A program made the translations under genes and the position numbers. The notes below the pieces were generated by a model that did not search any database, had not been told where the DNA came from, and was given only the letters and a program-made list of their open reading frames with translations. From IMG/VR virus record IMGVR_UViG_3300046167_000798: a stretch of DNA of 64,000 nt. One strand, 5' to 3'. The DNA is from a virus (Duplodnaviria > Caudoviricetes). This document shows, piece after piece, positions 21,653-30,203 of the stretch. Position 1 is the stretch's first letter; every line of letters starts with the position of its first letter.

Positions 21653-21837
21653 AATTTCTTTGTCTCCTTTTTGAGTGTATATAAATCAAGTTTACCATCT
21701 TCTGTTAACTTAACATCATAATTTGTTTTTCTTATATCATTGTGACCGCCTTTAAATGGAACACTTGCAACGTTTCTTGTTACTGTTCCTAATTTAATTT
21801 TATTATCACCTAAGTATTTTTTTATATCAAATGCCAT
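21649..21837 (-). CDS. Small hypothetical protein (62 aa)
   Basis: Co-oriented, fills the gap between protease and next gene with a 4-nt overlap. Confidence 0.6.
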   Translation of the reverse strand: MAFDIKKYLGDNKIKLGTVTRNVASVPFKGGHNDIRKTNYDVKLTEDGKLDLYTLKKETKKL

Positions 21838-21840
21838 AAT

Positions 21841-22434
21841 TTAGTTTAATTCTGTTATAATTTCTCTCATCAAATCTTGTGATTTACACCACTCGTTACA
21901 AACTTCACCTTGTTTAATAAGTTGTTTGTTAACAGATTCATTCATCGGAGTCATAAATGCTCCATGTGTTGATGGATTAGAAACAAAATCCCAACCAATC
22001 AATTCAAAATCTTCACCTACTTGTACTTTACCACCAGATAGAGGTTCTACTGAACCCATACCTCTTGATGATATACCTAAAAGGATTCCTGCTTTAAGTA
22101 GTTCTTTTAAGATGTTACCAGATGGGGTCGGTAAAATCTCAACTGTTCCTACTAAATCATCATTATCCCAATGTATCTCTCTTACGTTATGAGATACGTT
22201 CTTTAGATTGATTACAGAAGAATCTGGATGGTCTAATTCACCAAGTGCTCTTCTTTCTTTAATAAGTGTTTCGTATTTTTTTGCTTCTCTCATCAAAATT
22301 TCTTTAGGATATATCCTTCCATTTTGATTTTCAGCACCTGCTCTTTGTAAAATACCCTTAACGATAGTTCTTCCACTCTCGTCCTCGTTTACTCTACCTT
22401 CGAATAGGTTTGTTTCTATTAATAAATTTGCCAT
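21841..22434 (-). CDS. gp21: Prohead protease, T4 gp21-like
   Basis: NQNGRIYP, ALGELDHP, GISSRGMGS, DFVSNPST motifs; likely start MANLLIE at 22434 (TAATG overlap, GGGGAG). Confidence 0.93.
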   Translation of the reverse strand: MANLLIETNLFEGRVNEDESGRTIVKGILQRAGAENQNGRIYPKEILMREAKKYETLIKERRALGELDHPDSSVINLKNVSHNVREIHWDNDDLVGTVEILPTPSGNILKELLKAGILLGISSRGMGSVEPLSGGKVQVGEDFELIGWDFVSNPSTHGAFMTPMNESVNKQLIKQGEVCNEWCKSQDLMREIITELN

Positions 22435-22622
22435 TATGCTCCCCAACTTTTACGTTTTTTAAACAAATCAAAAAAGATTGCCGATACCTCTTGTCTGATG
22501 ATTTTTCTAATTTCATCTCTATCAGACTCATTGAGTTCCTCAGTAACTAAAAAATGGTTTACACCAAATTTAGCATTTGAGATTTCCTCATTGATGATAT
22601 CGAACAATTCACTTTTCTTCAT
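22434..22622 (-). CDS. Small head-module protein (62 aa)
   Basis: MKKSELFDIINEEI leader; coupled to the protease start. Confidence 0.55.
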   Translation of the reverse strand: MKKSELFDIINEEISNAKFGVNHFLVTEELNESDRDEIRKIIRQEVSAIFFDLFKKRKSWGA

Positions 22623-22623
22623 C

Positions 22624-23058
22624 TTATTTTATCTTACCACTTCTTTCGAGTTCTTTTGCTGCACCGATTACATAACCCAATGCAGTTTTAAGGTCTCTAT
22701 TCATATATTTAGCAATCTTTTTGACTGCCATCATTACAATTCTTTTTTCTTCAGTAGAGTATCCTTCGTTTACCGACTCATCTTTTTTTTTTCCGTCTTT
22801 TTTCTCTATTGCCTTTTGAAGTGCCGGTGGTAATTTTTTCTGAGCATCTGTTAATTCAGAAACTTGTTCTTTTTTTGCTCCTCTACCTTTCCAAGTTTTT
22901 TCAATCTTGTTAAAGAATGCCTTCTTTTCTTCATCAGACATAGAAGGAATAGATTTACCTGCTTTTTCTAAGGCTCTTTTGAAAAATTCTTGATATTCAG
23001 ATTCTTCAATCATAGCTTCTCTAACTATGTTTTTTAAATGTTCTCTTGTTATTTTCAT
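22624..23058 (-). CDS. Putative internal head protein (144 aa)
   Basis: MKITREHLKNIVREAMIEE leader; CAGGAG SD; VSEL and DESVNEG linkers. Confidence 0.5.
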   Translation of the reverse strand: MKITREHLKNIVREAMIEESEYQEFFKRALEKAGKSIPSMSDEEKKAFFNKIEKTWKGRGAKKEQVSELTDAQKKLPPALQKAIEKKDGKKKDESVNEGYSTEEKRIVMMAVKKIAKYMNRDLKTALGYVIGAAKELERSGKIK

Positions 23059-24101
23059 TTTTCTATCTCCTGTATAGTTCGAGCGATATTTATCAATCTC
23101 TCCTTTATCTTATAAATATGTTTATTTGTTCTTTTCCAATACTGATTGGAATCTAACTCATTCATTGTTTTAATTTTATTATACCAATTAAAAAACTTTT
23201 GAGTTTCTGCTAACTGATATTTTAATTCCTTTAAACCCATTGCCATCTTTTTATGAGGATGCATTGTTTCATCGTTTTTTAATTCTAACCAACGATTAAC
23301 TGGTCTCTTTACTTTAGCTTCGTTTATCGATTCTTTTAATCGATTCATTTTTTTATCAGTTACGAAATATGCAGAACCACCACCTGGAATTCCTTTTTCC
23401 ATATCTTGTAATCTCTTTACTTCTTTTTCAGCATCTTTAAATGTTCTGAATTCTTTTGGTGGTAATTTTTTATCTCTTTTTAAATCATATCCACCAACTA
23501 AAGATTTACCTCTTCCTCTACCTTTATTACGAGTAATATAGTATTTTGCTTCGTTTACTGATTCGTTAACTTTCTTTACGTGCTGAACAATCTTCTTAGC
23601 AAATGCAGGAGAAGTGATTTTAGCTATCTGAATAATAGTTTCTCTTCCATTAGGTCTGATACTCTTTACACTACCTCCACCTTTCATATCAGGAAACTTA
23701 CCATCCATTGAGTACCCATAATCTTTTATTGCAATAAGGTTACTACCTTTATCAAACATAAATTTGTAAGAACTTATTCTTGAACTATAAGAAATTCGTA
23801 TAGTTACTTCAAATTCACCTTCTTTATTTTTTTTATCAGAACCGATAACCATTCCGAATGATTCACCAGTTTTGTTGTTTCTACCTTTGATAGAAGCTTC
23901 ATCCATTTTACCAACTATTTTCATACCAAATTGAGTTGAAATCTTTTTCTTACGTTTTTTATCTTTAGCACCACCATCAGAAAATGCACCAGGTACATTA
24001 TACCCAGCTACATTGCCTGTTGCAGTTGCCTCATCCAATTCTTTTTCAACTTCTTGGATAAGTTCTTCTAAAAATTTATTAAGATTTTGTTCTATTGACA
24101 T
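23055..24101 (-). CDS. Modular putative internal head protein (348 aa)
   Basis: LDEATATG shared with the capsid protein; linkers MDEA, NESVNEA, KESINEA; AAGGAG SD. Confidence 0.55.
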   Translation of the reverse strand: MSIEQNLNKFLEELIQEVEKELDEATATGNVAGYNVPGAFSDGGAKDKKRKKKISTQFGMKIVGKMDEASIKGRNNKTGESFGMVIGSDKKNKEGEFEVTIRISYSSRISSYKFMFDKGSNLIAIKDYGYSMDGKFPDMKGGGSVKSIRPNGRETIIQIAKITSPAFAKKIVQHVKKVNESVNEAKYYITRNKGRGRGKSLVGGYDLKRDKKLPPKEFRTFKDAEKEVKRLQDMEKGIPGGGSAYFVTDKKMNRLKESINEAKVKRPVNRWLELKNDETMHPHKKMAMGLKELKYQLAETQKFFNWYNKIKTMNELDSNQYWKRTNKHIYKIKERLINIARTIQEIEK

Positions 24102-24951
24102 TTTTTATCTCCTTAACCAATTCATAAGACATCATTAAAGCCGAAACTTGGTCATCGGTAACTTTTTTACCAATTTTCTGTTTTTTCAAAACATTAATAG
24201 TTTCTTTCAACTTTATTTTTGTAATCTTATCTTTCATACTCTTATACATTGAATGTAATTCAGTAATAGTTTTGATTAATTCTGATTCAAAATATTCGTT
24301 GAACTTGGATGTGTTAGTAACATTATTAATATACTCTCTTAACAATCCTTTTTGTGATTTATCTAAAGTAGTATATTTTTTATTAAAAGTTTCAACAAGA
24401 ATCTTGTATGTCAATAACCTGAGGTCTTTCTCTTGTTTTCTATATTCTTCTACTAATTTATCTTGTTTAAGAACTTTAGAATCTTGGGAAATAGATGAAA
24501 TGTGCTCTACAATAGTAATTTTCGAATCGAATATATCCTTGACATCAAGAATATCATTCTTTTTACCTTCAAAAAGTTTATGAATTGAAGCTAAAATTTT
24601 ATAGTTTGTTACCGGGGAAGATAAAAAATTATTAATTTCAAAATTTTCTTTGATTGATTTTACAAGATTATATTTTTCTCGTTGAAGTTTTTTATAATTA
24701 ATTCTAGTATGTGCTTCTAATATAGCATCAATAAATTTTTCTGCTTTAGATTCACTATTATACTTTTCATTTATTAAAAGGTTAAATAATCTAAGTTCCT
24801 TAGACATTTCAGTACCTTTACCGTAGAATTCTCTGATTATTTCTTTTGACTTTTCTTCACTACCATTTAGTATTTCAACAGTAATCTGCCTTGTTAAAAG
24901 TTCAAAAAGGAAACCAGTATTCTTAAATTTTGAATGTTTTATTTTTTTCAT
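24079..24951 (-). CDS. Conserved helical head-module protein next to portal (290 aa)
   Basis: Long ORF KHSKFKNTGFLFELL...; own TATTTATA and AGGA; function not recognised. Confidence 0.6.
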   Translation of the reverse strand: MKKIKHSKFKNTGFLFELLTRQITVEILNGSEEKSKEIIREFYGKGTEMSKELRLFNLLINEKYNSESKAEKFIDAILEAHTRINYKKLQREKYNLVKSIKENFEINNFLSSPVTNYKILASIHKLFEGKKNDILDVKDIFDSKITIVEHISSISQDSKVLKQDKLVEEYRKQEKDLRLLTYKILVETFNKKYTTLDKSQKGLLREYINNVTNTSKFNEYFESELIKTITELHSMYKSMKDKITKIKLKETINVLKKQKIGKKVTDDQVSALMMSYELVKEIKNVNRTKS

Positions 24952-24991
24952 CTTATTTTTTTCCTATTATGATATAGTAAAATTTCCCTAC

Positions 24992-24999
24992 TATAAATA
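24992..24999 (-). promoter_or_regulatory. Putative late promoter TATTTATA
   Basis: Intergenic, 40 nt upstream of ATG 24951. Confidence 0.55.
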
Positions 25000-25027
25000 T
25001 AAATTTATAAAGTTAACAGAAATTTCT

Positions 25028-26752
25028 CTACTCTTCAAGTATATTATCTTCATCTAACATACCTTTAATCTCATTTAAATATTTACGTTTTGATGCTATA
25101 CCTGATATCATTTTTATTGCTTTTTCTTCAGAAGTTCTTGAACGTTTTTTGTTTTTTTCCTTCTTTCCCAAAGGGTCTCTACCTAATGGATGTTTATCTT
25201 TCCCATAAGTACCACCTTCACGAGGCCTTCCACCCTTATTTTTTATTTCTTGTTTCAATGCTTCTATTGATTCTTCAATATCATCAGGTTCTTCATCTTC
25301 CATTGCAGGGTCATTACCCTCATCTTCAATAGAACGGAATCTAAATCTATCTTTTAAATCATCTAACATCATTACTCTTTGTTCATCAGATTCTCCTTCA
25401 GATAATTTAAATATATTTTCATATACCCAATCTTTAGATAACATATTTAATCCTTGAATATCTTGAGCCAATCTAATTTTTTCACTCCACAAGTTTACTT
25501 TCTCTTGTTCATAAATTGTAGATGGATTTACTAATTGTAATTCAAAGTTAGTCATTTCTGAATCTGTTATCCCTTGTGCATATAAATGAACAATGGCAAT
25601 TTTAGATAATTCTGAAATTACTGTTCTTTGGATTCTTTCAATTGTTCTTGCAAATCTTACATCTTCAGCAGCAAGTGTTGCTTTACCATTTACATTTTCT
25701 TCATATCCTAAATAAGCTCTTGGAATTTTTAATGCTGCAAATAATTTATTTTTTAAGTAATCAATATCTTCAATAGTTGCATACTCTAATCCTGAAAGAT
25801 TATCGATTTGTGTACCACTATCACCACCACGAACAGGAAGATAGAAATCTTCTGTTAGGTTTTGCATATTATACTTTAAGTTGTAATCACCAGTATTTCT
25901 ATCGATGAAAGGAACTTTCTTCATCTTGTTGATGATTCTCTGCATATAGTTATCCACTTCTGTTGGTGGGATGTTACCAATATCAATTTTGAAAACTCTT
26001 TTTTCAGGTGCTCTCATGATTCTATGGATTAACATAGCATCTTCCATTAGAGATAATTGTTTCCACAATCTTCGTCCATTCTCAATCATAGATTTACCAT
26101 ATGGTAACCAGTTAGTATCTGCTAACAACCTAAAGTGAGCGATTTCAAAGTTTTCGTATTCTTCTTTTCCATTCGGGTCTTCAGTAATTTTAAACTTTAC
26201 TGAATTTGGATTTGATGGGTCTGTTCTTTCTAATCTTTCTGTATTATAAACTGAATGAGGAGTAACATTTACGATACCTTTTCCTTCTGCAACTTCTAAA
26301 CCTAAAAAGAAATCTCCATACTTACACATATTTCTAGTCCATGGCCATAAGTTGAATTCTATATTAAGAACATCATAAAATAAGTTTACTAATATATCTT
26401 GAACTCGTTCATTATCAGAATGAATCATAAGAGTATCACCAAATTCGTTCTTTAGTGTTGATTCATCTGCATATATATCAAGAGCCGATGCAAGTATTGG
26501 GTCGTTATCCATCGCATCGTAATCTCTAAAAACTTCTCTACGAACTTGTTGGTATGCCATTGATTGAGCACCACCTGCTTGTTCAAAGAAACTTTTTTGT
26601 AGTTTCGTATATCTATCTCTTAGAGAAGATAAATTTGTTTGTTGTCTTTCATCGGTATCAACAACTTTTCTCTTACCATCTTTGTCAACAGTAACAACTG
26701 CTTGAGCTCTGAAGAGTTTCGTTAATCTACCAAAAAATGAAGTATCTGCCAT
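25028..26752 (-). CDS. gp20: Portal vertex protein, T4 gp20-like
   Basis: QLSLMEDAMLIHRIMRAPEKRVFKIDIGN, EDFYLPVRGG...L.G, IEDIDY...LF.AL.IP motifs. Confidence 0.95.
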   Translation of the reverse strand: MADTSFFGRLTKLFRAQAVVTVDKDGKRKVVDTDERQQTNLSSLRDRYTKLQKSFFEQAGGAQSMAYQQVRREVFRDYDAMDNDPILASALDIYADESTLKNEFGDTLMIHSDNERVQDILVNLFYDVLNIEFNLWPWTRNMCKYGDFFLGLEVAEGKGIVNVTPHSVYNTERLERTDPSNPNSVKFKITEDPNGKEEYENFEIAHFRLLADTNWLPYGKSMIENGRRLWKQLSLMEDAMLIHRIMRAPEKRVFKIDIGNIPPTEVDNYMQRIINKMKKVPFIDRNTGDYNLKYNMQNLTEDFYLPVRGGDSGTQIDNLSGLEYATIEDIDYLKNKLFAALKIPRAYLGYEENVNGKATLAAEDVRFARTIERIQRTVISELSKIAIVHLYAQGITDSEMTNFELQLVNPSTIYEQEKVNLWSEKIRLAQDIQGLNMLSKDWVYENIFKLSEGESDEQRVMMLDDLKDRFRFRSIEDEGNDPAMEDEEPDDIEESIEALKQEIKNKGGRPREGGTYGKDKHPLGRDPLGKKEKNKKRSRTSEEKAIKMISGIASKRKYLNEIKGMLDEDNILEE

Positions 26753-26793
26753 TTTGTTCCTAATTTAAATTATAACCTTTATTTGTTTTTGTT

Positions 26794-27183
26794 TTACCAT
26801 TTTCTACAAGACCAATACCTTGCTTTGTGTCTTGGTCCTGGTGAATCACAATTATGTCTAGCTCTAAATGCTTTTCTTGCATCTGGATTATTCTTTCGAA
26901 TAGACATTGTTTTTTCTCCTGATTTCTTTGCTGAACTTCCTCCATGTCCAAAGTTAACTTTTACAACGTTACCTTGTGGGTTTTTGACATATACCTTAAA
27001 TTTTTTAACATCACCTTGCATTGGTTTTCCAAGTTTAACTGTTCTACCTTGATACTCAGCTTCATTCATATCAGATTTGTATTCTTTCATGAACTCACAG
27101 AATTCTTTTATATCGTGATAATTTTCCACAGTATATTCTTCTGTGTATATTTCTTCGTTAAGTAAATTTTTTAATGATATCAT
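26794..27183 (-). CDS. Conserved phage protein with RARHNC...ARYWSC module, putative internal head protein
   Basis: MISLKNLLNEE leader, MNE-AEYQG junction; AAGGAG SD. Confidence 0.55.
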   Translation of the reverse strand: MISLKNLLNEEIYTEEYTVENYHDIKEFCEFMKEYKSDMNEAEYQGRTVKLGKPMQGDVKKFKVYVKNPQGNVVKVNFGHGGSSAKKSGEKTMSIRKNNPDARKAFRARHNCDSPGPRHKARYWSCRKW

Positions 27184-27201
27184 AGTTATTTCTCCTTATA
27201 T

Positions 27202-27209
27202 TATAAATA
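27202..27209 (-). promoter_or_regulatory. Putative late promoter TATTTATA
   Basis: Intergenic, 18 nt upstream of ATG 27183. Confidence 0.55.
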
Positions 27210-27214
27210 TACAA

Positions 27215-28807
27215 TTATTTAATTAACCAAGTTAGGTCTTCATTACTATCTCCAACTCTCATTTTCCAAGGGTCATCTTCCATTGAAGAGTTACCTCCAA
27301 ATCCCATTCCACTAATATCTAAAGAGTGTGCTCCAATACCACCTAATGCTTGTTTTGTTAAATCAATTCCTTCTTGTCTTAATCTTAATGCAGTATCTCT
27401 AACCCATAATCCGATTGATAATGACATTGTTAAATCATCATTATAACCTCTCATAGCTTCAGCTCTGTTTCCACTCCATATAAATGTAAATAATTCATCT
27501 ATTGTTCTTTGTGAACGAATCGTTACTGATTTTTCTCTAATATATTGTTCCAACTTTGATATAATCAAAGGTCGTGTTTTGGAAGTTGTACTAAATCCTG
27601 CCGTTAATCCTCTATCTTGTGCTCTATATTTGTTTGTTAATTGATTTTCTACATCTACATACTTTAAATCCTTACTCATGTAGAAAAGATTCCCATATCC
27701 TCTATCAATTACTTGTTGTATTACTGCCCAACCAATATTTGCGTTCTCAATAACAAGTAATGCATTATTATATTCAGTTGAAAGTGATACAAGGAAGTTT
27801 CCAAAATCTTTTGTATCTAATTTACCTTTATATTCGGCAACTTGAGATGATTCTTCTATATCAATAACATGACATGCAGAATAATCCGAGGAATCTCCAC
27901 GAGCAACATCCGCTACAACCATATAAGCTTTATTATAGTTTGGATATTCCCATTTCCAAAGGTTTCCATCGAATCCTGTTTTCTCCATTGGTTCTTGTAC
28001 ATAAGATTCTTTATAAAACAAAAGGAGTTGTGGGTCTATCACAGTATCACCAGAAGAAACAAAATCACAATCACATTCTTGTGCCGCTCCTTTTGGTCCT
28101 AATAGTACCTCTTGTTCATCTCTCCAATTTTGGTCTCTTTCAGGATGAACACTCCAATGTAATCTAATTGAGTTAAATGTATTTGTTTGTTCTTCAGAAC
28201 CAACCCAAGTTTTGTGAAAGAAATTTCCGACACCATTTGGTGTTGAAAGGATAATCGCATTACCACCAGTCGATAGTGTTGATTGTGCTGATACCCAAAT
28301 ATCTTCAATCTTATCAATAAATGCCGCCTCATCAAATACTAATAGGGATAGTGCTTCAGAACGACCAGCATCTCCAGCGGCTGATGTTGCTTTTATCTGA
28401 GAACCATTCGAGTATCTCAGAGATAACTTATTATCCTCTACTGTTGTTTGTTTTAACCACGATGGTAAGTACTGATTCATTACACGAACCTTCGTTACAA
28501 GGTTCTTAGCAACCTCTTGTTTAGTTGCAATTACTAATACATTAAAATCTTGATTGAATAACATTTTCCAAAGTGAAAATCCCGCAGTTAAGGTAGAGAT
28601 ACCTGTTTGTCGAGATTTAAGGATAATATTGTATCTGTGTTCTGCAAATTGGTCTAATGTTCTTTCTTGAAATTGATATAAATGAAAAGGTATCTTACCA
28701 CGCACAGGATGTTGAATCATACAATATTTTTTCATAAAGTAGATTGGGTCTCCAGCACATTTCTGATACTCAAGTTTTATAATATCTTTTAAAGATTGTT
28801 TAGCCAT
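27215..28807 (-). CDS. terL: Terminase large subunit, T4 gp17-like
   Basis: Walker A KSRQTGIST, Walker B LLVFDEAAF, STPNG, nuclease ADVARG..DYS and DDLTMS. Confidence 0.96.
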   Translation of the reverse strand: MAKQSLKDIIKLEYQKCAGDPIYFMKKYCMIQHPVRGKIPFHLYQFQERTLDQFAEHRYNIILKSRQTGISTLTAGFSLWKMLFNQDFNVLVIATKQEVAKNLVTKVRVMNQYLPSWLKQTTVEDNKLSLRYSNGSQIKATSAAGDAGRSEALSLLVFDEAAFIDKIEDIWVSAQSTLSTGGNAIILSTPNGVGNFFHKTWVGSEEQTNTFNSIRLHWSVHPERDQNWRDEQEVLLGPKGAAQECDCDFVSSGDTVIDPQLLLFYKESYVQEPMEKTGFDGNLWKWEYPNYNKAYMVVADVARGDSSDYSACHVIDIEESSQVAEYKGKLDTKDFGNFLVSLSTEYNNALLVIENANIGWAVIQQVIDRGYGNLFYMSKDLKYVDVENQLTNKYRAQDRGLTAGFSTTSKTRPLIISKLEQYIREKSVTIRSQRTIDELFTFIWSGNRAEAMRGYNDDLTMSLSIGLWVRDTALRLRQEGIDLTKQALGGIGAHSLDISGMGFGGNSSMEDDPWKMRVGDSNEDLTWLIK

Positions 28808-28808
28808 T

Positions 28809-29498
28809 CTATTTTTTTCCTAGTTTCCAATACATAGAACCACCAACAAATGGTTTATACTCACCAAGTTGATTTGATATACCAATATTTAAACCGTAAA
28901 TATTTTGTTTTTTGTTTTTAAATAAAACATTACCACTAAGATTATTTAATCCATTGGTTTGGTCTATTCCTGTTCCGAATCCAATATAAAATTCATTTTT
29001 TGGTAACTCTTTTACTATTGTAGTATTATAAACTGTTGGAATTTTAAAGAACCAATCGATTTCTCTTGATTCAATTCTGTTTTGTGAAATAATATCGGTT
29101 AGAATACCAAATCCCAAATCTCCACTTGGTTTGTTACCTACTGAATCAGTAACTACATCAGGAAAATCATATGCAAGATTCAATGTATCTTTAACTGTTA
29201 CCTTTGAGAAGTAATCTTTAATAATTGCAAGTGAATCTACATCAACTGGTATCTCTACTTCTTTAATTACTTCTTTTGTAATATACTTCGGTACATACTT
29301 TGTTACTTTAACTTCTTTTTCTACATATATCGTATCAGTTTTTGATTCTAATAACTCATATTGTTCTCCATCTACTTCTACAAGAGTCTTATCTCCATAA
29401 TCTTCCCCACAACCTCTTAAAAATAAAATAATTCCTAATAAAAGAAGGATTACTACTTCCCTCCATCGTTTAATTAATAAACTAAATATAATGCTCAT
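28809..29498 (-). CDS. Membrane-anchored or lipoprotein-like protein (possible lysis/spanin-like)
   Basis: Hydrophobic N-segment VVILLLLGIILFLRGC; beta-strand-like C-terminus. Function is inference. Confidence 0.35.
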   Translation of the reverse strand: MSIIFSLLIKRWREVVILLLLGIILFLRGCGEDYGDKTLVEVDGEQYELLESKTDTIYVEKEVKVTKYVPKYITKEVIKEVEIPVDVDSLAIIKDYFSKVTVKDTLNLAYDFPDVVTDSVGNKPSGDLGFGILTDIISQNRIESREIDWFFKIPTVYNTTIVKELPKNEFYIGFGTGIDQTNGLNNLSGNVLFKNKKQNIYGLNIGISNQLGEYKPFVGGSMYWKLGKK

Positions 29499-30143
29499 AA
29501 TTTTTTTCCTTTAACTTATCAAAAAGCTTCTTCTCTTTTGACTTCTAATTCTTTAATTTCGTTTTCCGCCGTAATCAATAAGTTCTTGTATCTCAGCTTT
29601 AACCTCATCAATAGATTTTGGTAACTTCCATTTTTCTGTTACCTTTCCATCTGAACCTATCATTTCATATTCTTCTTTAAGTTCATCTATTGATTGTTTA
29701 TATGATTCTAATTTTGTTTTACCATATACAATCATCTTTGTCCATACCTTATAATTTTGATATTCTAACCACAAACCAGCAGTTCGTATCTCATGTTCTT
29801 TATTAACAGTACATTCCATACAAAATCCACCACTTTGAATGAATTTTAAATCTTTATCTGTTTTCTTAATGGTTTTACACTCAGAATTCTTACAATTTGA
29901 CTTTTCTTGAAGATATTTTCTAATTTCTTGGAAAGCTTCCGAATTTTTACCTGTTTTTAGAACATATCCTTCTTTTTTCTCATATCTGTTATGCTTATCT
30001 TCCCAAACATCACCAACTTTACGAGATTCTTCTTTTTTTGTGTATCCAATGGTAGTATTTTTATCATACTCACCTGTTTCCACCATATCAACCAACTTTC
30101 TACGAGTTGGGTGCATATATTTCTTCTTGAATTCTTTACCCAT
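29482..30143 (-). CDS. Cys-containing conserved phage protein (~219 aa, two single-base insertions near the 3' end)
   Basis: CKNSEC...CMEC; removing one base at 29573-4 and at 29521-5 gives ...IDTAENEIKELEVKREEAFDKLKEKNYEHYI-stop. Confidence 0.55.
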
Positions 30144-30169
30144 TGTTATATATTAGGTTATAATTTATA

Positions 30170-30177
30170 TATAAATA
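30170..30177 (-). promoter_or_regulatory. Putative late promoter TATTTATA
   Basis: Intergenic, 26 nt upstream of ATG 30143. Confidence 0.55.
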
Positions 30178-30203
30178 TATCAAATTAAAGAAACCGATAA
30201 ATT

